Source: Thermoanaerobaculia bacterium
Lineage (GTDB): Bacteria > Acidobacteriota > Thermoanaerobaculia > Multivoradales > UBA5704
DNA length: 64,000 nucleotides
Assembly: GCA_044226625.1 (NCBI GenBank)
Contig: JBGAGQ010000002.1
Span: forward strand, 64,001 to 128,000
Direction: 5' to 3'
The translations under genes and the position numbers were made by a program. How positions within the stretch are numbered: the first letter of the stretch is position 1; every line of letters starts with the position of its first letter. The notes below the pieces were generated by a model. The model did no database searches, had not been told where the DNA came from, and saw only the letters and a list, made by a program, of their open reading frames with translations. Positions 40,955 through 49,889 of the stretch are shown here, one piece after another.

Positions 40955-42658
40955 ATGGGGCTCACATCTCCGTGGCTCCGCCTCGGGCTCGGTTTCGCGC
41001 TGGGCCTCCCGTTTGTCGCGTGGGAGGCCGGCGCGGGCGCCGCGCCGCCGAAGCCCGCGGCTCCGGCCCCGGTGGTTCGGTTCACCGATGCGACCGCGGC
41101 GGCGGGCCTTCACTTCGTCCATGAGAGCGGGCGCGCGGGGAAGAAGTGGCTTCCCGAGACCCTCGGCTCCGGCGTGGCGGTGCTCGACGCGGACGGCGAT
41201 GGCTGGCCCGACCTCTTCTTCGCGAACGGCCGCAAGTGGACGAAGGCGAAAGGCGCGAAAGCGTCCCTTCCCGCCCTCTATCTCAATCAGAAAAACGGCA
41301 CGTTCCGCGACGCGACGGCAAAGAGCGGCCTCGACGTCGAGCTCTACGCGCTCGGTGTGGCGGCGGGCGACTACGACAACGACGGTAGGACCGACCTCTA
41401 CGTCACCGCGCTCGAAGGGGACCGCCTGTTCCACAACGAGGGAGCGGGGAAGTTCAAGGACGCGACGGCGGCCTCCGGTATCCGGAACGCGAGCTTCGGC
41501 ACGAGCGCCGCGTGGCTCGACTACGACAAGGACGGCAAGATCGACCTCTTCGTCGCGAACTACGTCCAGTGGACGCCGGAAACCGATCTTCGCTGCTCGC
41601 TCGACGGCACGTCGAAGTCCTATTGCACGCCCGAGTCGTACAAAGGGACGTCTTCGAAGCTCTATCGGAATCTTGGCGGCGGAAAATTCGAGGACGTGAG
41701 CCGGAAAGCCGGTGTCGGCGATCCCACCGCGAAATCGCTCGGCGTCGCGGTCCTCGATTTCGACAACGACGGCTGGAGCGACCTCTTCGTCGCGAACGAC
41801 ACGCAGCCGAACAAGCTCTATCGGAACCGCGGGAACGGTACGTTCGTCGATCAGGGGCTCGAAGCCGGAGTCGCCTTCGCCGAAGACGGCACGGCGCGCG
41901 GCGCGATGGGCGTGGACGCCGCCGACTACGACCGCTCCGGCCGGCCGCACCTCCTGGTCGGCAACTTTTCGAACGAGATGCTCGCGCTCTACCACAACGA
42001 AGGGAAGGGGCTGTTCATCGACCAGGCCCCCGCGTCCGCCGTCGGCCGCGCAAGCCTGCTGACGCTCACCTTCGGCGTCTTCTTTTTCGACTACGACCTC
42101 GACGGCCTGCCAGACATCTTCGCCGCGAACGGCCACATCGAAGAGGAGATCGCCCGCGTCCAGCCGAAAGTGACCTACCGCCAGCCGCCGCTCCTCTTCC
42201 GAAACCTCGGCCAAGGACGTTTCGAGCCGGTCGGTCCGGCGATGGGAAAAGACTTCAATCGCCCGATCGTGGCCCGCGGTGCGGCCTATCTCGACTACGA
42301 CCGCGACGGCGATCTGGACGTGGCGATCTCGACCAACCACGGCGCGGCGGTCCTACTGAAGAACGATGGCGGCGGCAGCAACCACTGGCTACGGGTCCGC
42401 ACCGCCGGAACCCGCTCCAACCGCGACGGCCTCGGCGCAGTCGTCAAGGTCACGACGGCGTCCGGTATGCAGTGGCAGACGGTACACAGCGGCTCCTCCT
42501 ACTGCTCCCAGAGCGACCTCGCCCTCACTTTCGGGCTCGGGAAGGACACCAAGATCCAATCGCTCGAGGTGACCTGGCCGAGCGGTACGAAGCAGAAGCT
42601 CGGCGCGATCGGAGTGGATCGGGAGATCGTGGTGGTGGAGGGGCAGGGGATTCAGTAG
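40955..42658 (+). CDS. CRTAC1-family protein (FG-GAP repeats + ASPIC/UnbV)
   Basis: 'FTDAT...GL', 'PETLGSG', DYDNDG repeats, 'GMGVDAADYD', 'GSSYCSQ...FGLG'. Confidence 0.92.
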   Translation: MGLTSPWLRLGLGFALGLPFVAWEAGAGAAPPKPAAPAPVVRFTDATAAAGLHFVHESGRAGKKWLPETLGSGVAVLDADGDGWPDLFFANGRKWTKAKGAKASLPALYLNQKNGTFRDATAKSGLDVELYALGVAAGDYDNDGRTDLYVTALEGDRLFHNEGAGKFKDATAASGIRNASFGTSAAWLDYDKDGKIDLFVANYVQWTPETDLRCSLDGTSKSYCTPESYKGTSSKLYRNLGGGKFEDVSRKAGVGDPTAKSLGVAVLDFDNDGWSDLFVANDTQPNKLYRNRGNGTFVDQGLEAGVAFAEDGTARGAMGVDAADYDRSGRPHLLVGNFSNEMLALYHNEGKGLFIDQAPASAVGRASLLTLTFGVFFFDYDLDGLPDIFAANGHIEEEIARVQPKVTYRQPPLLFRNLGQGRFEPVGPAMGKDFNRPIVARGAAYLDYDRDGDLDVAISTNHGAAVLLKNDGGGSNHWLRVRTAGTRSNRDGLGAVVKVTTASGMQWQTVHSGSSYCSQSDLALTFGLGKDTKIQSLEVTWPSGTKQKLGAIGVDREIVVVEGQGIQ

Positions 42659-42832
42659 GCGAGGCTGGCAGAATCCTCCCTGCCCAGCGGTAGCCTTGCT
42701 CGAGTCGGAGACCGGTCCACCCAGGGACCCCTCCCGAAAAGGAGCCGCGAGCGATCCCCGGACGCCGACCACCCACCTCCGATGCCGCTCAATCACGGTC
42801 GTGGGCAAGAGGTCGGTCGGTCCGCTCGACTC

Positions 42833-44119
42833 TCATTGCGTCTCGTGGAGGCCACGCCCTCCGAGCGCATAGACCCCGGGATGGAGCACATCGAGAGTCG
42901 CGACGCCCCGGACAAGGTCGACTTGTGCGCCGGGCTCTCGCTTCCATCCGGAAAGCGTGGCCGAGTACACCCCGAGGCTCGAAGGCTCGAACCCGAGAAG
43001 ATCGTCGGGATGGAAGCGAAGCTCCAAGGAAATCGGGCTCCCATAAAGATTGGTGCTGGTTCGAAGCTCGCGCACCAAGACCATCGCTGCGCCATCGGCA
43101 GCGCGAGCCTGATCCGGCGTAAAGAAGAAATGCAGAGGGACGCCCAGGATCATCACCGTCTCCTCGCCATTGAGAGCGTCCGACGGAACGAAGGCAGTCG
43201 CTTCGTCTCGGCTGACGAGGCAGCCGTCGGTGCCGCAATTTTCGATCGCAGCCCACTCGTACGAGGGGATGAAATAGAAGGGATCCACCGGAGGAAGTGC
43301 TCTTCGGAAGAGCTCCCAGATTCGAGCGTTCAGCATGCAGCGAAACATGTAAAGAAAGTCTTTGGACTCCTGAATCGCGGCTTCGCGAGCGAGCTCGTAC
43401 TTGGTCGCCGTTCCGATCTTGGCTTTGGCTTCCTCGTTCTTGTCGGGCGAATCTTTGGCGAAATCCCCATGAGAATAGGGGTCGTCCTCGGTCCAACCGG
43501 GGTCCGTTCGCCGAGGGCGCTCGGCATCTTCGGCTCCCGGGCTGAAGCTCGTAATCTTGAGTCGGGCCGGTGGCATCCAGGTCGGATCCACCAACGCCCT
43601 TTCGACTTCGTCTTGTTCTTGGCGGGTGAGATCGACGAAATTGGAGTGAGCCTTGAGATCTTGAAGCGCGTGAAGAGCATGACCCAACGCGGTGAGCGCT
43701 TGCTCCATCCGTCCTTGGAACGCCTCGTTCACGGCGAGCAACTTCTGTTCCCGAACATAGGCGGCGCCGTCCTTGAATGCCTGCGCGTGGCTCCTGCCTG
43801 GCCCTCGGTCGAAGTGATGTCTCGCTTGGTACTGAGCGTTCGGAACGGTCCGAGCCAAATCGAAGGGATGCCAGAAGCTGGGGGACCAGGAGGACTCGTT
43901 CCAATCGACCTGTCGCACCTCGTACATCAACCGCTGGGTCATTTCTTCGTTGAATCGCCAACACCGTGCAGCGGTCTGGGTGATCTGGTCGTGAGGAGAG
44001 AGATGGATTGGGCTCCAAGTCGGGTACGAGTCGAATCGAGTTTGCGCGAAACCCGAGCTCGAAATTACGGCGACGACGAGAAGTGAGACGCAAAGCGGAA
44101 TACAGTGCCGAATTCGCAT
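42833..44119 (-). CDS. Secreted protein with Het-C/VWA7-like zinc phospholipase C-type domain
   Basis: Signal peptide; 'HDQIT', 'HHFD', 'LGHALHALQDLKAHSNFV' resembling the HxxQDxxxHSN motif. Confidence 0.7.
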   Translation of the reverse strand: MRIRHCIPLCVSLLVVAVISSSGFAQTRFDSYPTWSPIHLSPHDQITQTAARCWRFNEEMTQRLMYEVRQVDWNESSWSPSFWHPFDLARTVPNAQYQARHHFDRGPGRSHAQAFKDGAAYVREQKLLAVNEAFQGRMEQALTALGHALHALQDLKAHSNFVDLTRQEQDEVERALVDPTWMPPARLKITSFSPGAEDAERPRRTDPGWTEDDPYSHGDFAKDSPDKNEEAKAKIGTATKYELAREAAIQESKDFLYMFRCMLNARIWELFRRALPPVDPFYFIPSYEWAAIENCGTDGCLVSRDEATAFVPSDALNGEETVMILGVPLHFFFTPDQARAADGAAMVLVRELRTSTNLYGSPISLELRFHPDDLLGFEPSSLGVYSATLSGWKREPGAQVDLVRGVATLDVLHPGVYALGGRGLHETQ

Positions 44120-44219
44120 CGCTGCGCTCCTTTGTGCGCAATCTTTCTGCGCGCCGGGCGACCATCTATTATGATGAATTTAAGAATAGGAAAAATAATT
44201 GGTGCATGTCAACTCCGCG

Positions 44220-44410
44220 GCCACCACGCATCAGCCCAGGCGCTGCTGGATGCCTTCAACCGCGCTTGTGAAGACGTACCGGCTCAGGAGGAACGGGATC
44301 TGGTGCGCAGGATGGGACGAAAGCAGCGGGAGTTACTGAAGGGCGAGTGGTGATCCGTCAGGACGTTGTCTTCTGGGTCGACCCTGGAAGTTCCGCCGGC
44401 TCGGGGGCGC
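44220..44410 (+). pseudogene. Decayed mazEF/pemIK-type toxin-antitoxin remnant (antitoxin 3' end plus toxin 5' end)
   Basis: 'ALLDAFNRACEDVPAQEERDLVRRMGRKQRELLKGEW*' overlaps (GTGGTGA) with 'MVIRQDVVFWVDPGSSAGSG', resembling the MazF N-terminus; the RP catalytic motif and the rest of the toxin are absent. Confidence 0.6.
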
Positions 44411-44445
44411 AAAACGCGATCTGGCGCGCAGAGGGTGGCTCCGCC

Positions 44446-46041
44446 CTACGGACGGCAAGGAGCTCCCTTGGCGTAGACCTCGAGCTTCCCGGTCAACTCG
44501 TTCACCCGCGCGTCGTTTCCTTCCGCTTTCGCGGCATCGATCGCCTTACGCTGCCATTCCGCGGCTTGATCGCATTGGCCCGTCTCGGCGAGAGCGAGGG
44601 CGAGGGTTTCGGCGTGGAGGCCGGACGGTTGGGCGTTCCAGACGGCGACGGCTAATGCGAGCGCACGCTTGCCGTCGCGGACGGGCAGATCGGGACAGGC
44701 CGCGAGCAGGCGGGCAAGGGCGTGGGTGAGCTGACCGCTGTCGGGGATCTGGCTCAGGGACTCGTCGAGCTTTTTTCGCGCTTCGGTGTAGCGGGCTAGA
44801 CGGACGAGGGTCTCCGCCTCTCCGAGGCGCGCCGCTTCGTCTTGCGGCGCCTGCTGGACCGCCCGGGCGTAGTCGGCGAGCGCTTCTTCGAGGCGGCCCG
44901 CGTCGCGGAGGAGCTGGGCGCGAAAACGGCGCGCCTCGGCGTCGTCCGGACGCGCGGCCAGAGCGGCTTCGAGGTGGGCGAGCGCCTCTTGCCGATCGGG
45001 TCCCCCGGCGAGCAGGGCGGCGAGGTTGAAGTGAGCGGTCGCGTTTCGCGGGTCGCGTTTTAGCACCTCGCGGAACTGTTCGATCGCCTCCGGGCGATCG
45101 CCGAGGCTCGCGAGCATGGAACCGAGGTTCACGCGCGCCTCGACGCTTCCGGGATTCGCGGCGAGGGCCCGGCGGAACTGTTCCGCCGCATCGGCATACC
45201 TTCCGGCGCGGGCCGCCGTCCTTCCGCTGGTCATCGCGAGGCGCTCCCCGGTCCGGAGCGCGGCGACGCCGTCGAGAAGGGGATCGGGAGGCCTGAGCCC
45301 GACTTGACCGGCGAGCGCGAGATGCTCCTCGGCCTTTTTGAGATCTCCCGCCCCGCGGTAGGCGAGAGCGAGCGTCCGGTGCAGCCGATTGGCATCGGGC
45401 ACCGCGGCGAGCGCCGCTTCGAGGTGCTCGACCGCGGCGGGGTAGAGCCTGCGAGCGAGCGCCGCCTGGCCCAAGAGCGAATGGGCGGAGGGTGAGAGCG
45501 CTGAGATCCTGAGGAGCGGCGACAGGATCGCCTCGGCCTCCTCGGGTTTGCCCTGGAGCAGGCGGATTTCGGCAAGGTGGATTGCCGCGACTTTCGCTTC
45601 GGGAAACTGGAACGCGCGTCCGAACGCCTCGGCCGCGGCGTCGAGGCGACCGGCGGCCTGCTCGGCGGCCCCGAACAGGTAGGGCCAATCGACGCTCTTG
45701 CCGTCGAGCCGCTCCGCCCGTTCAAAGCAGTCGGCCGCTCCTTCGTTGAAACCGTAGGCGAGGTAGACCTCTCCCAGCTCGCCGTACGCGGCGGCGGTTT
45801 CTCGGAGGTCCGGGCTGGACTTCGCGAGCTGGTCGTCGAGCGACTTGCGAACCTCGCCGATCTGTTGGGCGACGACCGGCTCGAGGCCGGTGAGGTCCGG
45901 ATGGCGGACGGCGCGTGGCTCTGCGGCGGAGAGGCGAAGGCCGACGAAGAGAAACACAACGAAGGAAAAGACGGAAAGGACGGCGGCGAGCCGACGCATC
46001 TTGGCTTGCGATCGCGCGGGGGAAGAACGGAAGAGGCTCAT
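44446..46041 (-). CDS. Secreted tetratricopeptide-repeat protein
   Basis: Signal peptide and multiple TPRs; C-terminal 'LAACPD..RDG.RAL' typical of CRTAC1-associated TPR proteins. Start may be 45999. Confidence 0.88.
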   Translation of the reverse strand: MSLFRSSPARSQAKMRRLAAVLSVFSFVVFLFVGLRLSAAEPRAVRHPDLTGLEPVVAQQIGEVRKSLDDQLAKSSPDLRETAAAYGELGEVYLAYGFNEGAADCFERAERLDGKSVDWPYLFGAAEQAAGRLDAAAEAFGRAFQFPEAKVAAIHLAEIRLLQGKPEEAEAILSPLLRISALSPSAHSLLGQAALARRLYPAAVEHLEAALAAVPDANRLHRTLALAYRGAGDLKKAEEHLALAGQVGLRPPDPLLDGVAALRTGERLAMTSGRTAARAGRYADAAEQFRRALAANPGSVEARVNLGSMLASLGDRPEAIEQFREVLKRDPRNATAHFNLAALLAGGPDRQEALAHLEAALAARPDDAEARRFRAQLLRDAGRLEEALADYARAVQQAPQDEAARLGEAETLVRLARYTEARKKLDESLSQIPDSGQLTHALARLLAACPDLPVRDGKRALALAVAVWNAQPSGLHAETLALALAETGQCDQAAEWQRKAIDAAKAEGNDARVNELTGKLEVYAKGAPCRP

Positions 46042-46110
46042 CGGCCCCGGCAGTCTAACCCCTTCCCCGGCGCCGGCTCGAGAAGGTCTCCCTTCTGGCG
46101 ATCGATCGGT

Positions 46111-47889
46111 TCACCGAGGCGCGCCATCTCCGTCGGGCGCCTTCGGAACTGCCTTGCCGCTACCGCGGACCAAGGTCGTGTAGGCCCGAAGCGGCGGCGG
46201 AGCGAACGTCTCGACCAGGCCGTCGGGCCAGGTGACGCGGACCTCCGTCACCTCGGGACCGTCGCCGAGGCCGACGAGGACGCGGGGATCGTTCGCCGAG
46301 GCGTAGCTGCCGTCGGCCGCCGAGCGTCGGACGAGCGGCGCCGCTCCTTTCCTCATCACCTCGACGCGCGATCCGGTGAGGTCGCGCGGCGTCAGTGTGG
46401 TGGCCGGAGCGCCCACGAGGCGGAGGCCCAACCAGGGATTGCGTTGGCCGACCTCGTTGATCAGGAGGCGCATGGGACTTTCCGCGTCGACGACCAGCAG
46501 ATCGGTATCGCCGTCGTCATCGACGTCTCCGAACGCGGTGCCGCGCGAGATTCTCGGCGTGGTCACGGCCGAACCGGCCTCGGCGCTCACGTCCGCGAAC
46601 TTGCCGTTGCCGAGGTTCCGGAACAGTTGGTCGGGCTGGGCGTAGGGGGCGAGGCCGGAGCCCTGGCCCATCGCTCCAGAGAGATTGACGGCGCCGTTGG
46701 CGGAGAAAACATCGAGCCGGCCGTCGTTGTCGAAGTCGAAGAACCAGGTTCCGAAGCCGGTCATGGGCAGGCTCGGAGGTCCAAGGCCGGTCTTCGCGGT
46801 CGCGTCCTCGAAGAAGCCGTGGCCCAAGTTTTCGTAGAAGGTGTTCGTTTCGCCGGTCAGGTGGGTAATGAACAGGTCGAAGTCGCCGTCGCCATCCCCG
46901 TCACCGTAGGCGATCCCCATGCCGGCCTCGGGGCGGCCGGCGGCGTTGACGGCGACCCCGGCGAGGAGCCCTTCTTCGCGAAAGGTCATCGCCCCGAGGT
47001 TTCGCCAGAGAAAGCCGTCCGATCCGTCGTTCGCGACGAAGAGGTCGGTCCGGCCGTCGCCGTCGAGATCGCCCGCAACGACGCCGAGGCCGGGGCCCGC
47101 TTTCCTACCGATCCCGGACGGGATCGAGACGTCCTCGGAGGTTCCGTCGCCGCGGTTTCTGAACAGGCGACTGGTCGTGGGGGCGAACGCCGCCGGGCCG
47201 CAATAGTCCTTCTTGCTGCTGGGGCTGAAGCAGGCGGCGTTTCGCGCGACGGCGAAGTCGACGTAGTTGAGCACGAAGAGGTCGAGCCGGCCGTCGCCGT
47301 CGAAATCGGCGAAGGTGGCACCGGTGGTCCAGCGCGGATCGTCGACGCCGGCTTTCGCCGTCGCGTCGGTGAACGTTCCGTTCCCTTCGTTGTGCCAGAG
47401 CTGGTTCGGGCCGAAATTCGCCAGGTACAGATCGACGCGGCCGTCGCCGTCGTAGTCGCCGGCCGCGGCCCCCATGCCGTAGCCGGTCGCGCGGAGGCCG
47501 CTCGCCTCCGTGACGTCGACGAAACGGGGGACGGGATTCCGTCCTTTGGGCGTGACCAGGTCGTTGCGGAACAGGCGCCCCCAGCCGGCGGGGCCCGGAT
47601 CGGGCGAGCCGGGCTTGAGCGGATGGCCTTGGACCACGAACGCGTCGAGGTCTCCGTCGCCGTCGTAGTCGAACAGCGCCGCGCCGCCGCCCATGATCTC
47701 GGGCATGTACAGCTCGCCCGAGGCACCGGTCGTGTACGTGAAGCCGAGCCCCCATTCGGTAGCCCGGTCGACGAAGAGAGGGACTTTCGTTTCCGCGGCG
47801 AGAGCCGGAGCGGCGGCCGTGAGAGCGCCGACGAGGCCCAGAGCCCGGGCGGCTCTCGAGGGTGACAAGGGGTTCGAAGATCTCGGCAT
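46111..47889 (-). CDS. CRTAC1-family protein (FG-GAP + ASPIC/UnbV)
   Basis: 'MPEIMGGGAALFDYDGDGDLD', 'AGMGIAYGD', 'GSYASAND...VGLG'; start at MPRSSN. Confidence 0.92.
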   Translation of the reverse strand: MPRSSNPLSPSRAARALGLVGALTAAAPALAAETKVPLFVDRATEWGLGFTYTTGASGELYMPEIMGGGAALFDYDGDGDLDAFVVQGHPLKPGSPDPGPAGWGRLFRNDLVTPKGRNPVPRFVDVTEASGLRATGYGMGAAAGDYDGDGRVDLYLANFGPNQLWHNEGNGTFTDATAKAGVDDPRWTTGATFADFDGDGRLDLFVLNYVDFAVARNAACFSPSSKKDYCGPAAFAPTTSRLFRNRGDGTSEDVSIPSGIGRKAGPGLGVVAGDLDGDGRTDLFVANDGSDGFLWRNLGAMTFREEGLLAGVAVNAAGRPEAGMGIAYGDGDGDGDFDLFITHLTGETNTFYENLGHGFFEDATAKTGLGPPSLPMTGFGTWFFDFDNDGRLDVFSANGAVNLSGAMGQGSGLAPYAQPDQLFRNLGNGKFADVSAEAGSAVTTPRISRGTAFGDVDDDGDTDLLVVDAESPMRLLINEVGQRNPWLGLRLVGAPATTLTPRDLTGSRVEVMRKGAAPLVRRSAADGSYASANDPRVLVGLGDGPEVTEVRVTWPDGLVETFAPPPLRAYTTLVRGSGKAVPKAPDGDGAPR

Positions 47890-48049
47890 GGACCTCGTCG
47901 AGTCTATCGCCGACGTGTCGGCGACGCGTCGGCGAAGGCGTTCCGACGCGTCGGATCGAGCGGGGCACCGGAATCTCCCCGGGAGAACGGGATGGCACGT
48001 CGCTTGCGCTTTTGCCGTTCGATACCGAGAGGGGCGGAGGGCGGACACG

Positions 48050-48071
48050 GGATCGCGGCATGCCGCGATCC
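48050..48071. promoter_or_regulatory. Perfect 22-bp palindrome in a divergent intergenic region
   Basis: GGATCGCGGCATGCCGCGATCC, just upstream of the GAGGAG RBS of the 48091 gene. Confidence 0.4.
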
Positions 48072-48090
48072 ACTTTCGAGGAGAACCCCC

Positions 48091-48957
48091 ATGCATACGT
48101 CGAAGCTCGGCTCCCCGGGTCGTTTCGTCCTGCTTTGGCTCGGAACCTTCGCGTTCGCCTCCGGCGCTTCGGCGATGAGCACCCTCGACTGGTCGACGCT
48201 GCCTTGGAGTCCTGGGGACATGGTTCACACCTATTCGTTTCCGGCCGACGGAGTCGACCTCACGATTCGTGTGTCGACCTCGCCGCTCGGGCAGCCGCCC
48301 CCGACGATCGCGCCGACCTTCGAGTCGTGGGACGGCTTGTCGCCGTTCGAGGAGTGCAACCCGGTCGTCTCCCCGAACAAGGACGGTGCGGGTGACCCTT
48401 CGAACCGGTTCGGGACGCAACGCGACCTGGGCATCGTCTTCGACCCGACCGCGAGCCGCGATCAGACGGTCTGGATCGACCTCAGATTCACCGAGCTGGG
48501 TACGGGGGAGAACGGCCCGAGAAAGCCTGTCGCCACGTTCAAGTTCCAAGTCTCGGACATCGACTACTCGCCTGGGGGCGTCGACTGCTTCCAGCAGCTG
48601 GGCCAGGGGTTTCGCAGGGATCAGGTGGTGATTTCGGCGACGAACGGGGCTAACCCGGTGACCGCCTTCGACCTTTCGGCGCTGATCGCGAACAATCCGG
48701 CGGGCACGTTCACCATCGATCAGACGACGAAATCGGCGACGGCGATCTTCGGTCAGCAGTCGAGCGTGAACTCGCTCGACGACAACGGCACCCTCGTGGT
48801 GGATTTCGGCCCAACCTTCGTTACCGACGTCCGGATCTCCTATAACGAGGCGGGGTACGACTTGAACACCAACAACAACCCCGGCTACCGCGGTATCGGG
48901 ATTCTGGGCGGAACGACCTCGCTGCCCGTGACCTTGACCGACTTTTCGGTCGAATAG
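48091..48957 (+). CDS. Secreted hypothetical protein ending in LPVTLTDFSVE
   Basis: GAGGAG RBS; signal peptide ending ASA; beta-rich body. Confidence 0.8.
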   Translation: MHTSKLGSPGRFVLLWLGTFAFASGASAMSTLDWSTLPWSPGDMVHTYSFPADGVDLTIRVSTSPLGQPPPTIAPTFESWDGLSPFEECNPVVSPNKDGAGDPSNRFGTQRDLGIVFDPTASRDQTVWIDLRFTELGTGENGPRKPVATFKFQVSDIDYSPGGVDCFQQLGQGFRRDQVVISATNGANPVTAFDLSALIANNPAGTFTIDQTTKSATAIFGQQSSVNSLDDNGTLVVDFGPTFVTDVRISYNEAGYDLNTNNNPGYRGIGILGGTTSLPVTLTDFSVE

Positions 48958-48972
48958 ACGGCGAGAGCTCGG

Positions 48973-49869
48973 TCAGAGACTCGGCTCGTGCCCTACGACC
49001 CGCCGGAACGCCTCGAGGTAGCGCTCGCGCGTTCCGGCGACCACCGGGTCCGGAAGACGCGGGGGAGGGCTCTGGTGGTCCCATCCGGAGGCGTCCAGCC
49101 AATTGCGGACGAACTGCTTGTCGAACGAGGCGGGCTCCGATCCAGGGCTCCAGGTCGCGGCGTCCCAGTAGCGGGAGGAGTCGGGGGTGAGCGCCTCGTC
49201 GATCCAGAGGATCTCCCCACTTTCGTCGAGACCGAACTCGAATTTCGTGTCGGCGAGGATCAGTCCGACGCTCGCCGCATGTCGGGCGGCTTCGCGATAG
49301 AGGGCAAGCGTCAATTCCCGGAGCCGCTCGGCTCTCTGCGTTCCAAGCTCGGCCGCCATTTGCTCGAACGTGACGTTCTCGTCGTGCCCCTCCTCAGCCT
49401 TCGTCGCAGGGGTGAAGATGGGCTCCGGAAGCCGGCTTGCCCGGGAGAGCCCCGGCGGCAGCGGCAGGCCGCAGACCGTGCCGCTCGCGACGTACTCGCG
49501 ATAACCGCTTCCCGCGAGATAGCCGCGGGCGACGCATTCGAACGGGATCACACGAGCTTTCTGGACCACGGCCGACCGGCCGGCGAGCAGCGTGCGGTGC
49601 GGTTCGAGCTCCGGCGGCAGGTCCCCGCCGAGCAGGTGATGGGGAACGACTTGCGCCAGCCGCTCGAACCAGAAGACCGACATCTGGTGCAGGATCTTCC
49701 CCTTGTCCGGAATTCCCGGCGAGAGGACGAAGTCGTAGGCCGAGAGTCGGTCGGTCGCGACGATCAGCAGGCGATCGCCGAGGTCGTAAACGTCGCGCAC
49801 CTTGCCGCGCTTCGGCGGGGGCAAGCCGGCAAGAGCGGTCTCGACGATGGGGGAGGAGGGTGATGCCAT
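48973..49869 (-). CDS. purC: SAICAR synthetase
   Basis: GKVRDVY, ATDRLSAYD, ECVARGYLAGSG, PIFTPATK, ADTKFEFG, DEALTPDSSR, SFDKQFVR. Confidence 0.97.
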   Translation of the reverse strand: MASPSSPIVETALAGLPPPKRGKVRDVYDLGDRLLIVATDRLSAYDFVLSPGIPDKGKILHQMSVFWFERLAQVVPHHLLGGDLPPELEPHRTLLAGRSAVVQKARVIPFECVARGYLAGSGYREYVASGTVCGLPLPPGLSRASRLPEPIFTPATKAEEGHDENVTFEQMAAELGTQRAERLRELTLALYREAARHAASVGLILADTKFEFGLDESGEILWIDEALTPDSSRYWDAATWSPGSEPASFDKQFVRNWLDASGWDHQSPPPRLPDPVVAGTRERYLEAFRRVVGHEPSL

Positions 49870-49889
49870 AGCGGGATCTCCGGCGGAAC

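Noticed and set aside
42782-44086. 434-aa plus-strand ORF
   Set aside because: Antisense shadow of the signal-peptide-bearing Het-C-like gene.
44347-44655. Intact MazF toxin gene (102 aa)
   Set aside because: Similarity stops after ~20 codons and the remainder is antisense to the TPR gene.
47890-48549. N-terminal extension of the CRTAC1 ORF to 48549
   Set aside because: Overlaps the divergent 48091 gene; the signal peptide starts at 47889.
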